Source of the DNA: Candidatus Nomurabacteria bacterium | GTDB lineage: Bacteria > Patescibacteriota > Saccharimonadia > Saccharimonadales > UBA7683 | NCBI GenBank assembly: GCA_020631865.1 | Contig: JACKGS010000002.1 | Location: 109,534 to 173,533, forward strand | Direction: 5' to 3' | Length of the DNA stretch: 64,000 nt | Part shown: positions 1 through 16,138 of the stretch, one piece after another | Layout: every line of letters starts with the position of its first letter | How positions within the stretch are numbered: the first letter of the stretch is position 1 | Notes under the pieces: generated by a model | Databases searched by the model: none | Told to the model about the DNA's origin: nothing | Seen by the model: only the letters and a program-made list of their open reading frames with translations | Position numbers and translations under genes: made by a program

Positions 1-1677
<1,677 letters not shown>

Positions 1678-1678
1678 T

Positions 1679-4207
1679 ATGGATGAATCTAATACAACTA
1701 ATAATTTGCAAGATGAACAATCGGTAGTACTTCAGGATGGTAACGGAATAGAACACAGAACGCTTGAAAATGTAATGGAAGATAACTTCTTCCGATATTC
1801 CATGAGTGTCATAATAGAGAGAGCGTTGCCGGATGTACGTGATGGCTTAAAGCCAGTGCATAGACGTATTTTATATACCATGAATAGGGATGGGCTAAGG
1901 GCTGGGTCTAAGCATAGAAAGAGTGCAACTGTGGTCGGTGCCGTAATGGGTGATTTCCATCCTCATGGTGATACGGCTATTTATGATTCAATGGTGCGTT
2001 TGGCGCAGCCGTGGTCGCTTAGATATCCTTTGATTGATGGCCAGGGGAACTTTGGTTCTATGGACGGCGACGAAGCTGCTGCAATGAGGTATACCGAGGC
2101 AAGAATGGCTAGGCCGGCAGATGAGCTTTTGGTTGATATAGACAAAGATACTATTGATTTTAGAGACAACTATGATGGTCGTCTCCAGGAGCCAGTCGTC
2201 TTGCCGGCAAAATTACCTAACCTTTTACTTAACGGACAGATTGGTATTGCTGTTGGTATGGCTACAAATATACCGCCACATAATCTTGGTGAGCTAGTTG
2301 ATGCGTGCATAGAACTTATAGATAATAAAGAGGCAACGATAGACGACTTACTTACCCACGTTAAAGGTCCAGATTTTCCAACAGGGGCTACTGTTTATGG
2401 TGGAGCACCAATGAAACAGGCGTATTTGACCGGCCGTGGAAGCGTGGTTATGCGCGCAGTAGCTAATATTGAAGAGACTAAAAAAGGTCGTCATCAGATA
2501 ATTATTACAGAAGTGCCATATGGTGTAAATAAAGCAACACTTATTGAAAAAATTGCTGAACTCGTTAAGGATAAAAAAATTGCCGGTATCGCAGATCTCA
2601 GAGACGAGACAGCTAGAGGGTCTGTACGAGTCGTAATTGAGCTTAAAAAAGATGCGTACCCCAAAAAGTTGTTAAATCAGTTGTATAAACAGACGACACT
2701 ACAATCTAGCTTTAACTTTAACATGCTTTCACTTGTTGACGGTATACAGCCACGTATTCTTGGCTTACAAGATATGCTTCAGGAGTTTATCAAGCATAGG
2801 CAGAAAGTCGTTCGCAGGCGTACTGAATTTGAGCTCAGGAAGGCCAAGGAGCGCGCACATGTTCTGGAAGGCTATAAAATAGCCCTCGATAATATCGATG
2901 CTGTAATTAAAACAATACGTTCAAGCAAAACCCAGGAGGAAGCTGAGAAAGGGCTTATTAAGCAATTTAAACTTTCAGAAATTCAAGCTAAGGCCATCTT
3001 GGCTATGCAACTTCGACGCTTGACTGGCCTGGAGCGTCAGGCGATTGAAGATGAATTAAATGAGCTAATGAAGATTATTGCTAAACTTGAGGCGATATTA
3101 GCTGACGAGGAAGAGATATTAAAAATTATTAAGACCGAGTTACTTGAGATGAAAGAAAGATTTGGTGACGAGCGAAGGTCTAAAATAATTAACCATGAAC
3201 TAGGTAAGTTTAGTGACGAAGAATTGATTCCAGAAGAACAGGTTGTTGTAACTGTTACATCAGAAAACTATATTAAACGAAGTTTGGCATCTGAATATCG
3301 ACGGCAAAATCGTGGTGGTAAGGGCAAGCGAGGAATGGCTACTAAAGAAGAGGATGTGATCGAACACGTTGTTCTTGCAAGTACTCACGACTTCTTGCTC
3401 TTCTTCACTAATAAAGGTAGGGTATTTAGGCTGAAGACTTATGAAGTTCCGGCAGCGGGATTAAATGCCAAGGGAGTTGCTGCGGTTAATCTATTACAAC
3501 TTCATCCAGAAGAGGTTGTGACGGCTGTAATAAAACACGATCCTAAGCACAAGACTGGCTATCTATTTATGACAACCAAGCAGGGGACTGTCAAAAAAAC
3601 TAAATTAGAGGATTACAATAATATACGAACTAGTGGTTTGATAGCCATAAAGATTGATGAAGGTGATGACCTTAAGTGGATTAGAGTTACAACCGGTGAT
3701 GATGAAGTTGTAATATCTACATCACTGGGGCAGGCTATTAGGTTCCATGAAAATGATGTTCGCCCAATGGGTCGTACTGCCAGGGGTGTAAGAGGTGTGC
3801 GACTTAAGGCTGGTGATGTCGTGGTCGGAATGGATATAGTACAGGAGAGCTCAAGTATCTTTGTGATCAGCGAGAAAGGGTACGGAAAGCGTACTAAAAT
3901 AGCTCAATTTAGCCCACATAAGCGAGGTGGGGTTGGTATTCGTTCAGCTGTTGTAAATACAAAAACAGGTAACCTTATATCAGTTAAGTCACTTACGGAT
4001 GAAACGCCTGAAGTAATAATCATATCTACAGCTGGCCAGACTATACGTCTTGGGTTGAAGGATATTCCTCAGCTTGGTAGAACAACACAGGGTGTTAGGA
4101 TAATGCGACTAGCGGACGGTGATGGTGTCGCTTCCATTGCCTTGGTTAGTAAAGATCAGTCTGGAAACGAGGAAGAAGAGGTGGTGAATGAGACAGTTTC
4201 TGAGTAG
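1679..4207 (+). CDS. gyrA: DNA gyrase subunit A
   Basis: ATG lies 1 nt after the gyrB stop. Has [16 protein letters not shown], the active-site region [10 protein letters not shown], and C-terminal repeated beta-pinwheel-like blades. 842 aa. Confidence 0.97.
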   Translation: MDESNTTNNLQDEQSVVLQDGNGIEHRTLENVMEDNFFRYSMSVIIERALPDVRDGLKPVHRRILYTMNRDGLRAGSKHRKSATVVGAVMGDFHPHGDTAIYDSMVRLAQPWSLRYPLIDGQGNFGSMDGDEAAAMRYTEARMARPADELLVDIDKDTIDFRDNYDGRLQEPVVLPAKLPNLLLNGQIGIAVGMATNIPPHNLGELVDACIELIDNKEATIDDLLTHVKGPDFPTGATVYGGAPMKQAYLTGRGSVVMRAVANIEETKKGRHQIIITEVPYGVNKATLIEKIAELVKDKKIAGIADLRDETARGSVRVVIELKKDAYPKKLLNQLYKQTTLQSSFNFNMLSLVDGIQPRILGLQDMLQEFIKHRQKVVRRRTEFELRKAKERAHVLEGYKIALDNIDAVIKTIRSSKTQEEAEKGLIKQFKLSEIQAKAILAMQLRRLTGLERQAIEDELNELMKIIAKLEAILADEEEILKIIKTELLEMKERFGDERRSKIINHELGKFSDEELIPEEQVVVTVTSENYIKRSLASEYRRQNRGGKGKRGMATKEEDVIEHVVLASTHDFLLFFTNKGRVFRLKTYEVPAAGLNAKGVAAVNLLQLHPEEVVTAVIKHDPKHKTGYLFMTTKQGTVKKTKLEDYNNIRTSGLIAIKIDEGDDLKWIRVTTGDDEVVISTSLGQAIRFHENDVRPMGRTARGVRGVRLKAGDVVVGMDIVQESSSIFVISEKGYGKRTKIAQFSPHKRGGVGIRSAVVNTKTGNLISVKSLTDETPEVIIISTAGQTIRLGLKDIPQLGRTTQGVRIMRLADGDGVASIALVSKDQSGNEEEEVVNETVSE

Positions 4208-4631
4208 CTACGCATACTTTGTTATTCCGATACTAGCTTGGATTATCGCTCAGGTATGCAAGATATTCATTAAAGGGATATTCGAGAAAGACTGGAACTG
4301 GAGGTATATATACAGATCTGGGGGAATGCCGAGCGCACATACTACCGTTATTATCTCTCTTTGTACTGTACTGGCCTATAGGCTAGGTACCCAGAGTCCG
4401 GAATTTGGTATTGCATGTATTCTTGCAGCAATAGTGATGTATGATGCCATGAACGTTAGGCATGCCGTAGGTGAACATAGCCAGGCTATCAGGATGATGC
4501 TGCCAAAAGTGCTAAAAGGCAAGCCAGCTCATATGATCATTCATCAGTCCAACGGTCATACTCCGGCAGAGGTTTTCGCGGGCTTCTTTATAGGGGTAAT
4601 TGTACCAGTGCTTGTGTTTATTGTTACTTAA
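4188..4631 (+). CDS. divergent PAP2 / DUF212-like membrane protein
   Basis: 147 aa with several hydrophobic segments. Motifs SGGMPSAHT and GHTPAEV are typical of the acid-phosphatase/vanadium-haloperoxidase-related family. Overlaps the gyrA end by 20 nt. Confidence 0.7.
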   Translation: MRQFLSSYAYFVIPILAWIIAQVCKIFIKGIFEKDWNWRYIYRSGGMPSAHTTVIISLCTVLAYRLGTQSPEFGIACILAAIVMYDAMNVRHAVGEHSQAIRMMLPKVLKGKPAHMIIHQSNGHTPAEVFAGFFIGVIVPVLVFIVT

Positions 4632-4655
4632 ATTACAACAAATACTATTTATCTA

Positions 4656-4684
4656 TTGACATCCAGTTAGCTTTTCCATACAAT
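4656..4684 (+). promoter_or_regulatory. sigma70-type promoter for 16S rRNA
   Basis: TTGACA (4656-4661), 17-nt spacer, TACAAT (4679-4684). About 215 nt upstream of 16S. Confidence 0.6.
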
Positions 4685-4897
4685 TGCTTGCAGTCTGTCT
4701 GATCTTTTATGCGAGATTGCGAGTAAAGTTAGTAAACTTTATTCAAGTAATCATTCTTAATCACTACAGGTAGAGGCTAGTTTAAAAACTTAGTAGTGTA
4801 ACGTCAACGTTAAATTTTTTTGATGTTTGAATATAATTTGAGATGTTAGTATTTCATTGAAGTTAGAATTGAACACTTTGATCTGTTTTACAGATTT

Positions 4898-6531
<1,634 letters not shown>

Positions 6532-6686
6532 CTAGGGAGTATTAGCCTTAACTATGAGCAATCTAGTTAAGAGCGAGGTCGGTCTTGTTGTTTTAACGGA
6601 TCTATAAAACAACTTTGTTCCAATTTTTTGGAAAAGACTAGATTCACCTTTATTCAACAGCGACGTTACACTACTAAGTCTTTAAA

Positions 6687-6717
6687 CAAAATACCACTTA
6701 GTAAGTGGTATTTTTTA
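6687..6717. terminator. bidirectional intrinsic terminator after 16S
   Basis: 9-bp stem ATACCACTT / AAGTGGTAT with a 3-nt loop. Preceded by AAAA and followed by TTTTTT. Sits directly after the 16S trailer stem. Confidence 0.65.
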
Positions 6718-6788
6718 TGCGATACACGCATTAGTTTGGTCAATTATATTTAATAATTAACCTCATTGCGGTGTAATGGTATTAGTTT

Positions 6789-7055
6789 TTATTCTTGAGA
6801 CGGGCTTATCATTTTTGTGATAGGCGAGAGTATCCAGCCGAGCACCTCGTCGTAAAATCCAAACATTACTGTAAAGCCTATGAATACTCCAATAATTGCA
6901 AAAATTTTCCAAATCAAATATGAGCTACCTGGACCCATCTTAGATTCAAAGAAAGGAAGAGGTATACTGTTTGCTACTTGATAATTTTTCATAAGAATCA
7001 AAACACTAACAACGATAATAATTAAGCCGAGTAAGATTTGTCCGAATATTCCCAT
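6789..7055 (-). CDS. small membrane protein (hypothetical)
   Basis: 88-aa ORF with two clear hydrophobic helices. Lies downstream of the two minus-strand tRNAs. No recognisable family. Confidence 0.4.
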   Translation of the reverse strand: MGIFGQILLGLIIIVVSVLILMKNYQVANSIPLPFFESKMGPGSSYLIWKIFAIIGVFIGFTVMFGFYDEVLGWILSPITKMISPSQE

Positions 7056-7148
7056 TGTTAATAGTATAACCGATATCGTATATAATTAATAATACATTTT
7101 AAAAATAATAATAACGTAGGTACGGTTAACTATGTGTCAAATTGCGGC

Positions 7149-7225
7149 TGGTGGGCGATGGTGGACTTGAACCACCGACCTCGTCATTATCAGTGACGCG
7201 CTCTAACCAACTGAGCTAAACGCCC
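7149..7225 (-). tRNA. tRNA-Ile (anticodon GAU), CCA encoded
   Basis: Reverse complement GGGCGTTTAGCTCAGTTGGTTAGAGCGCGTCACTGATAATGACGAGGTCGGTGGTTCAAGTCCACCATCGCCCACCA. Folds as a cloverleaf with anticodon loop CTGATAA and one T-T mismatch in the acceptor stem. Confidence 0.93.
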
Positions 7226-7266
7226 ACAAGCTGAAATTCGACATGTAAAAGAAAAAAATCACAGTA

Positions 7267-7343
7267 TGGTGGAGCAACAGGGACTCGAACCCTGGACCCC
7301 CGCCTTGCAAAGGCGGTGCTCTAGCCAACTGAGCTATTGCCCC
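7267..7343 (-). tRNA. tRNA-Ala (anticodon UGC), CCA encoded
   Basis: Reverse complement GGGGCAATAGCTCAGTTGGCTAGAGCACCGCCTTTGCAAGGCGGGGGTCCAGGGTTCGAGTCCCTGTTGCTCCACCA. The G3:U70 alanine identity pair is present. Confidence 0.95.
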
Positions 7344-7362
7344 ATAGGCTGTGACAGATGTT

Positions 7363-7391
7363 AGTTTAACTGATTAACAGATATTTTTCAA
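7363..7391 (-). promoter_or_regulatory. candidate promoter for tRNA-Ala/tRNA-Ile transcript
   Basis: On the minus strand: TTGAAA, 17 nt, TAAACT. Ends about 19 nt upstream of the tRNA-Ala 5' end. Confidence 0.5.
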
Positions 7392-7583
7392 CAAGATTAC
7401 ATTATAAATTAAAAAATTAGGGTAGCCTGTTAGTTGCAGGGGGTTAGTATGCACTGTGAGATGCGAATTAATGTAAAATCAACACTTACTATATTAACTG
7501 CAAAATATGATATTGTCTCAAACTCGTATCAGATGAAATATAACATAAGCGTTGTTCTAGATACATCAATATTCGATAAACTA

Positions 7584-7612
7584 TTGACCATAAACGAGGT
7601 GTTTGCTACTAT
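7584..7612 (+). promoter_or_regulatory. candidate promoter (CTATTGACC-17-TACTAT)
   Basis: TTGACC (7584-7589), 17 nt, TACTAT (7607-7612). Shares the CTATTGAC upstream context with the 16S promoter. Confidence 0.4.
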
Positions 7613-7645
7613 GTATGTACGAAGCGAATGTTTCAAGGGTTGAAA

Positions 7646-7701
7646 CCTCTGGCGATTGTATCCACCACAATTAGTGCACAATCATCAGAGGCTTTTTTAT
7701 T
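7646..7701 (+). terminator. terminator-like hairpin in the 23S upstream region
   Basis: CCTCTGGCGATTGT (7646-7659) pairs with ACAATCATCAGAGG (7678-7691), 12 of 14 positions. Followed by CTTTTTTATT. Confidence 0.4.
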
Positions 7702-7728
7702 GAAAATAATCTGTTTCGTAGAATGTAC

Positions 7729-7757
7729 TTTACAAGTAAAAATCCATCTGATACAAT
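7729..7757 (+). promoter_or_regulatory. candidate 23S-5S promoter
   Basis: TTTACA (7729-7734), 17 nt, TACAAT (7752-7757). About 200 nt upstream of 23S. Confidence 0.45.
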
Positions 7758-7956
7758 AATCAAGCTCTGGAGTTTAAATGAGAAATTGATAAGTCTGACA
7801 GATCATTCGAAGACTTAAACTAATCAATAACAGCATTTGAACTTTAGTTCACGCAAGAAATTGTATCTGGAGTTTGTAAATTAACAATTTAGTTGGTCTT
7901 TTAAATTAAATTGGACAACGGCAAGTTATTGATAATTATCAATAACTGGTCAAACC

Positions 7957-11225
<3,269 letters not shown>

Positions 11226-11230
11226 GACTA

Positions 11231-11297
11231 GATTTTGGATTATTGATTTTAGATTTTAGTTTTCTATAATCTATAATCAATGTCCAACAATCTAATC
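11231..11297 (+). repeat. heptamer-periodic hairpin in 23S trailer
   Basis: 5' arm GATTTTG GATTATT GATTTTA GATTTTA, loop TTTTC. 3' arm TATAATC TATAATC AATGTCC AACAATC. The arms pair imperfectly. Confidence 0.7.
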
Positions 11298-11449
11298 TAT
11301 GTTTGACCAGTTTTTGATGAGTATCATAATGTATATTCATGCAATTTGTTTCAATTTAATAATTTAGACCAAAACTTGCCGTCATCGTGAACTTGTTTCA
11401 GGATCCGGTATGGATGATCATCGACCAACTTCTCATTGAGCGAGAAGTG

Positions 11450-11515
11450 GACTGAAGACTGGAGACTGGAGACTGGAGAATTTATTCTTCAATCCTCAAT
11501 CTTCAATCCTTAATC
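11450..11515 (+). repeat. heptamer-periodic hairpin in 23S-5S spacer
   Basis: (GACTGAA/GACTGGA)x4, loop ATTTATT, then (TCAATCC/TCAATCT/TTAATCT)x4. By hand the arms pair with one mismatch per heptamer and G-U pairs on the + strand only. Confidence 0.75.
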
Positions 11516-11538
11516 TACTTCTTGCCTGTGGCAAGAAG

Positions 11539-11643
11539 TCGGTGCTCATAGCGCTGGGGAAACGCCTGTTCTCATTCCGAACACAGAAGCTAAGCCCAGT
11601 AGCGGCGATAATACTCTCTTAGGGGAAGGTAGCACGGCGCCGA
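11539..11643 (+). rRNA. rrf: 5S rRNA (short, about 105 nt)
   Basis: Has CCGAACACAGAAGCTAAGCCCAGTAGCGGCGAT. Helix I is TCGGTGC / GCGCCGA (one G-U). Preceded by the 9-bp hairpin CTTCTTGCC-TGT-GGCAAGAAG. Confidence 0.88.
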
Positions 11644-11653
11644 ATTATAGAAC

Positions 11654-11683
11654 AAAGAGACCTAGTAGGTCTCTTTTTCTTTT
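11654..11683 (+). terminator. intrinsic terminator after 5S
   Basis: AAAGAGACC-TAGTA-GGTCTCTTT followed by a T-run. Confidence 0.8.
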
Positions 11684-11734
11684 ACTTGTAATTACATGTT
11701 GTTCTGAATTTAAGAGCATTTCCTTGTTGCAACC

Positions 11735-12625
11735 TTGACAAAAGCGAAAAAGTCTTATAAAATGTACATTGATAGTATAAATACAAATATCATGAGTAAA
11801 AATGAACAAGCTACGAATGTACTGATAGACAAAAGTTTAGGCATTCTGCAAATACCAGAAGTTTCTCATCGTTTGGGTGATTATAATGATCAACTGACTA
11901 GGGCTTTGAATAGGGTGACGCATTCCAATGTGAATACAGATGGTTTTCTAGAGTTGCGTGCCGAAGCCGACACAATTCCTGTTGTTATACGTAGTATTGG
12001 CGAGTATGCCGTACTTCACGCTAGGGATTCAGCAATGAATCCACATCAAATAGGATCGCTTAGTACCCAGATTGGTTTTGAAAAGGCTACAGTTGCAGAT
12101 CGGAAGTTTCGTAGCTACTTATCTAGCACAGCAGCGCACAAAGCCTTGCCAGTGTTTGAAGATAGAAAAGATATGGCTGTAAAAGGTTCCAACTGGTGGT
12201 TACCAGAACCGAGAACGATCGTAAAGGGTAGGCCTTATGTATCAATGAATGGTGATGCAGCAATTGGAGCTAGCTTAAGCCCTGTTGTATTCCTGCATGA
12301 ATTAATGCATGTATTACAAACAGAAGCTAACCCTGTAGGTAGTACTGATGAACTAGCGAGAAACAAGGTTCGTGGGGAGCTAGAGGCATATCATATTGCT
12401 GCACAGATTATTCTGGGTATGGAAGAGGCTGATCGACACCATGAATTACTTGAACATACCCCTCGGGATGAACTAGATCGCGCACTGGATATTGAATTAG
12501 TGCGTATAAACTCACAAGATTCTAGTGATCATTTCGAACCTAATGATAAGGTGGTTAGCGCTCTTGTTCGAAAGCAACACGCCATCACCAGTGAAATCAG
12601 TGATATAATTCGAAAAGTTGCCTGA
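11735..12625 (+). CDS. hypothetical protein with HExxH motif (putative metallopeptidase)
   Basis: 296-aa ORF with VVFLHELMHVLQ followed by GELEAYH. The start is uncertain (TTG 11735, ATG 11762 or ATG 11792). Confidence 0.6.
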   Translation: MTKAKKSYKMYIDSINTNIMSKNEQATNVLIDKSLGILQIPEVSHRLGDYNDQLTRALNRVTHSNVNTDGFLELRAEADTIPVVIRSIGEYAVLHARDSAMNPHQIGSLSTQIGFEKATVADRKFRSYLSSTAAHKALPVFEDRKDMAVKGSNWWLPEPRTIVKGRPYVSMNGDAAIGASLSPVVFLHELMHVLQTEANPVGSTDELARNKVRGELEAYHIAAQIILGMEEADRHHELLEHTPRDELDRALDIELVRINSQDSSDHFEPNDKVVSALVRKQHAITSEISDIIRKVA

Positions 12626-12739
12626 GGATACAGTCAAAAGAGCAATATAAATCCATAGTTTTCCATTTTCGAGTGTTTTATTCTGATAGAGACTGAGACT
12701 ACCTGCTCTACCATAATACAATAATCACAAGCGAGACTA

Positions 12740-12768
12740 TTGACACAAGCATAATAGTGTGTTAACAT
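12740..12768 (+). promoter_or_regulatory. candidate promoter
   Basis: CTATTGACA, 17 nt, TAACAT. About 115 nt upstream of the KGG-repeat gene. Confidence 0.45.
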
Positions 12769-12883
12769 AAGGGTAATTTCAGAGGTGAAATTGTTGGAGG
12801 GTTCGCGTAACACCATTCGCGAGCTCTTTTTGTATTTCTCATTCTGGGAGGTGGAATAATTAACTTTAATAGGAGGTCATGAA

Positions 12884-13108
12884 ATGGCTGGAACTAAAGC
12901 TGGTGGCGCAAAAGCTGCTTTAACAAATAAATCAAAGTACGGAAGTGACTTTTATGCATCTATTGGTGCAAAAGGTGGCAAAAAAGGTAAAACTGGTGGT
13001 TTTGCTAGTGACAAAAAGGGTGCTGACGGCCTAAGTGGTCGTGAACGCGCAAGACTTGCTGGTGCTAAAGGCGGTCGAATTTCTCGACGCGTTAAAACTA
13101 GCAAATAG
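12884..13108 (+). CDS. KGG-repeat general stress protein (YciG/GsiB-like)
   Basis: 74 aa. Repeated GAKGG/KGGKKG/GAKGGR motifs. Strong SD (TAGGAGGT) 7 nt upstream. Confidence 0.8.
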   Translation: MAGTKAGGAKAALTNKSKYGSDFYASIGAKGGKKGKTGGFASDKKGADGLSGRERARLAGAKGGRISRRVKTSK

Positions 13109-13125
13109 AGTTACATATTGTATCC

Positions 13126-13160
13126 AAGAAAAGGGCGTTAAATACGCTCTTTTCTTTTTA
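13126..13160. terminator. bidirectional terminator
   Basis: AAGAAAAGGGCGT-TAAAT-ACGCTCTTTTCTT with one mismatch and T/A runs on both sides. Lies between convergent genes. Confidence 0.6.
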
Positions 13161-13631
13161 ACTAGTTAACTTTAGTCGGTAGTGTCGGGTCTGTTGATTA
13201 TATGGAACCTTCCAGGTTTGATGACAATTAAAACACTTAAATATTGATTCATCGGTTTCAAAAGATACGTTTTTACAAGTCGGGCATGTGCTACGAATAT
13301 GCAGCCAATTTCTGTAGCTATCTAGGCACTGTTCAATCAACTCATCTTTAATTTCGAGAGAGTAGTCTTTGGCAATTAGCCTAGCTTTTTGCCATGCCTC
13401 AGCCTCTAAGGTAATTAGCTCTATGCTGGACGTGTAATTCTTATGGCCACAAAGTGCATGTCCAATTTCATGAATCAGCTTCATAAAACCATCATATTTA
13501 ACTAGCAGTTTTTTATTAAAATAGATGGTTTGATCTTTAGCGCTCCAATAAAATACCTTAGATTCGGCAAATTTAAAGTCCGGAAAGTCTAGCCTTACTT
13601 GTTCAATGCTTGGTAAGCTTTGCTTTTGCAT
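13158..13631 (-). CDS. putative Zn-metallopeptidase (ImmA/IrrE-like HExxH) with C-terminal zinc ribbon
   Basis: Has LIHEIGHALCGH plus CPTCK...CFNCH. The ORF extends to 13646, but ATG 13631 (MQKQSL) reduces the overlap with the upstream gene. Confidence 0.6.
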   Translation of the reverse strand: MQKQSLPSIEQVRLDFPDFKFAESKVFYWSAKDQTIYFNKKLLVKYDGFMKLIHEIGHALCGHKNYTSSIELITLEAEAWQKARLIAKDYSLEIKDELIEQCLDSYRNWLHIRSTCPTCKNVSFETDESIFKCFNCHQTWKVPYNQQTRHYRLKLTS

Positions 13632-14427
13632 AATAATAACATCCATAAATTACAGACTCTTCGGCTAGTTTCGGAGTAAATAGCTTTTGAGGTAGAACTA
13701 TATTGTCATGCAGATATTGTCTTGAGGTATACGGCTCAATAAAGTCACGGAATTTATCTATATATTGACCAAGGCCACCGCCAAAAATGATTGCATCAAC
13801 TTGAAAAGTTGCACATATCATACTAACGCCAAGGCCAATGTAGTCGGAAAACTCTTTCCATATAGCTGGATCGTTGACGTCGACTGCCTTGGTGTCATAT
13901 TTTTTATAAAAGGCCTTGCCAGATGCAAATTCTTCCCATACTAATACTTTGGTTTTATGAAGCATCGGAACTTTACCCACCTCAGAGTCAATCATTTGCT
14001 CTGATAATTTGCCGTTCACTAGTAGCGCTCCGCCAATGCCGGTGCTTATTGTGATGTAGAATACACGCTTGTATTCGGTGCTTATTTGCTTGACTTCTGC
14101 TAAGCCACCTAATTTGCTGTCATTTTCTATTACAATATTGCGTACATTAAGCGCCTTCTTTGCGTCATTTAAAATTGGAATATCTCGCCACTGTAGATTA
14201 CCAAAAGAGTAAGCCACTCCCGAATTTCTATCTATTCTTCCCGGTACGGAAATACAAGCAATTTTACATTTACTGGACTCTAATTTATCGGCATGAAACT
14301 TTAGATCATTTAGAAATGTTTCGTAGTTAGGGCTTGTATCAAAGCGAACCTCATTAAGTAATTTACCGCTTTCAGTGAATACTGCCATTAATGTTTTTGT
14401 TCCTCCGATATCTACCCCAATAATCAT
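13603..14427 (-). CDS. ROK family sugar kinase (glucokinase-like)
   Basis: N-terminal MIIGVDIGGTKT and internal ISTGIGGALLVNG. 274 aa. Confidence 0.8.
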   Translation of the reverse strand: MIIGVDIGGTKTLMAVFTESGKLLNEVRFDTSPNYETFLNDLKFHADKLESSKCKIACISVPGRIDRNSGVAYSFGNLQWRDIPILNDAKKALNVRNIVIENDSKLGGLAEVKQISTEYKRVFYITISTGIGGALLVNGKLSEQMIDSEVGKVPMLHKTKVLVWEEFASGKAFYKKYDTKAVDVNDPAIWKEFSDYIGLGVSMICATFQVDAIIFGGGLGQYIDKFRDFIEPYTSRQYLHDNIVLPQKLFTPKLAEESVIYGCYYYAKAKLTKH

Positions 14428-14522
14428 GCTTATATTGTAGCATTAAGAAATGCGATTAATAAACTGCTTATCTTTGCACTTTTATAATTGTTCAGATAAG
14501 CTGTATCTATACGGAGGATTTT

Positions 14523-14942
14523 ATGGAGCAGAGTGGAAATACTATACAAAGATTCAGTGGATTAATACGGTTAGCGGTGTTTATAATTTTTGTTTTAGCG
14601 CTATTAATTTTAACAATAAGATGGATATCAAATAGGCGAGCTACTCAAAGGGCAGAGCAGGCTGTCAAGACGGCCGTAAAGCCTGATGAGGCACAAAAAT
14701 CTAAAGAAGATGGTGATCAAAAATCTGGTGTTGCAGAAAAGTCTCAGCCAGATAATTCTCCGGTAGAAGTTACTATTCCAAGCGGAATATCCGAAGAGTC
14801 TGAAGTAGATGACAAGAGTAGTGCGACTAGTGTTCCTAATGCTGGCATTGAAGATGTTGTTATGCCTACGTTTATGATTTCGATAATTGTGTACCTATTT
14901 GTATTAAATTCAAATCTAAAGAAGACTGTAAACCAATTTTAG
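14523..14942 (+). CDS. hypothetical membrane-anchored acidic protein
   Basis: 139 aa. N-terminal TM helix and a low-complexity acidic middle. The C-terminus is VPNAG, then a hydrophobic helix, then a basic tail, which resembles a sorting signal. Confidence 0.55.
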   Translation: MEQSGNTIQRFSGLIRLAVFIIFVLALLILTIRWISNRRATQRAEQAVKTAVKPDEAQKSKEDGDQKSGVAEKSQPDNSPVEVTIPSGISEESEVDDKSSATSVPNAGIEDVVMPTFMISIIVYLFVLNSNLKKTVNQF

Positions 14943-15039
14943 GTTATAATTTTGACTTATTGCTACCAGATGAGGTACAATATATTTAATCTTATGGCAC
15001 TAGCCTCAAGAAATATTTTTTGGAAGGAGTTTTGTTTAG

Positions 15040-16095
15040 ATGGCAAAACAAACTATAACTATGGACGATCTTTTAGGAGACGTTCAATATAAACAGCTAG
15101 CAACCGGCGAGGTTGTTGAAGCTACGGTGTTAAATGTAAAGAAGCACGAAATCTGGTTAGACCTTGGTCTCAACGGTATTGGTATGGTACCTCGCAGAGA
15201 GATCGGTTTTGGCCAACAGTTCAATATTGGCGACAAAGTTGTCGCTAGTGTTGTCGAGCCAGAGATCGAAGATGGCCAGGCTTTATTGAGCTTGCGTAGA
15301 GCTGCAAAAGATCGCGGATGGGATGAGGTTAAAGCTCAGTTTGAAAAAGGTGAGACAATCGAGGTAACAGCATATGATGCCAATAGGGGCGGAATGTTAG
15401 TTGAGCTTGAGGGTGTAAGAGGTTTTCTGCCGGTTTCTCAGCTATCAGCAGAGCATTATCCGCGTGTTGGGAGTTCTGACAAAGATGAAATTCTGCAAAA
15501 ACTTAATAGCTTAATAAATAAGCCTATTAGAGTTAGAATCCTAGATGTTGACAGAAAATCTAACAAACTAATCTTTAGCGAAAAAGAGGCTATTCGCGAA
15601 GATATGCAATCCCGATTTGAAAAGCTTTCAGTTGGAGACAAGGTGTCTGGAGTAGTAACTGGTGTTGTAGATTTCGGGGCATTCGTAAATGTAGATGGAA
15701 TTGAAGGTTTGGTTCATATTTCTGAAATCTCTTGGGAAAGAGTTGAAAATCCATCTGACTACGTTAAGATTGGCGATGAGATCAATGCTCAGATAATTGC
15801 CATCGACAAAGATAGACTTTCTTTGAGCATGAAGCAGACTCAGGAAGATCCATGGGCGAAAGAAGCAGAAGCGTTTAATAAAGATGATGTTATTGAAGGT
15901 ACTGTTACTAGAATAACTCCTTTTGGCGCATTTATTCAGCTAAGTCCAGCCGTTGAGGCTCTGGTTCATATTTCAGAACTTGGCGAAGGTCAGAGTGCAG
16001 ATCCTGAAAAACTATTTAAGCTCAATGAAAAGAAAAAATTTAAAGTATTAGATATAGACCGCGAAAACCGTAAAATTTCACTAAGCTTACAGTAA
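15040..16095 (+). CDS. rpsA: 30S ribosomal protein S1 (four S1 domains)
   Basis: Repeated S1-domain signatures (GxVxGxVxxxxxFGAFVxL, GLVHISE). 351 aa. SD GGAAGGAG. Confidence 0.9.
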   Translation: MAKQTITMDDLLGDVQYKQLATGEVVEATVLNVKKHEIWLDLGLNGIGMVPRREIGFGQQFNIGDKVVASVVEPEIEDGQALLSLRRAAKDRGWDEVKAQFEKGETIEVTAYDANRGGMLVELEGVRGFLPVSQLSAEHYPRVGSSDKDEILQKLNSLINKPIRVRILDVDRKSNKLIFSEKEAIREDMQSRFEKLSVGDKVSGVVTGVVDFGAFVNVDGIEGLVHISEISWERVENPSDYVKIGDEINAQIIAIDKDRLSLSMKQTQEDPWAKEAEAFNKDDVIEGTVTRITPFGAFIQLSPAVEALVHISELGEGQSADPEKLFKLNEKKKFKVLDIDRENRKISLSLQ

Positions 16096-16138
16096 TTTAA
16101 ATAATGTAAAACTAAATCATCACGAAAGGTCGGAGATC

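Noticed and set aside
7434-7643. 69-aa ORF between the tRNAs and 23S.
   Set aside because: It has no SD and an odd composition, and it overlaps a promoter-like site and a hairpin. It is better explained as a non-coding rRNA upstream region.
11231-11515. Short tandem repeats considered as a CRISPR array (also 19563-19590 and 28175-28209).
   Set aside because: The units are 7 nt with no spacers, and there are no cas genes. The periodicity and inverted arrangement fit hairpin arms, not repeat-spacer arrays.
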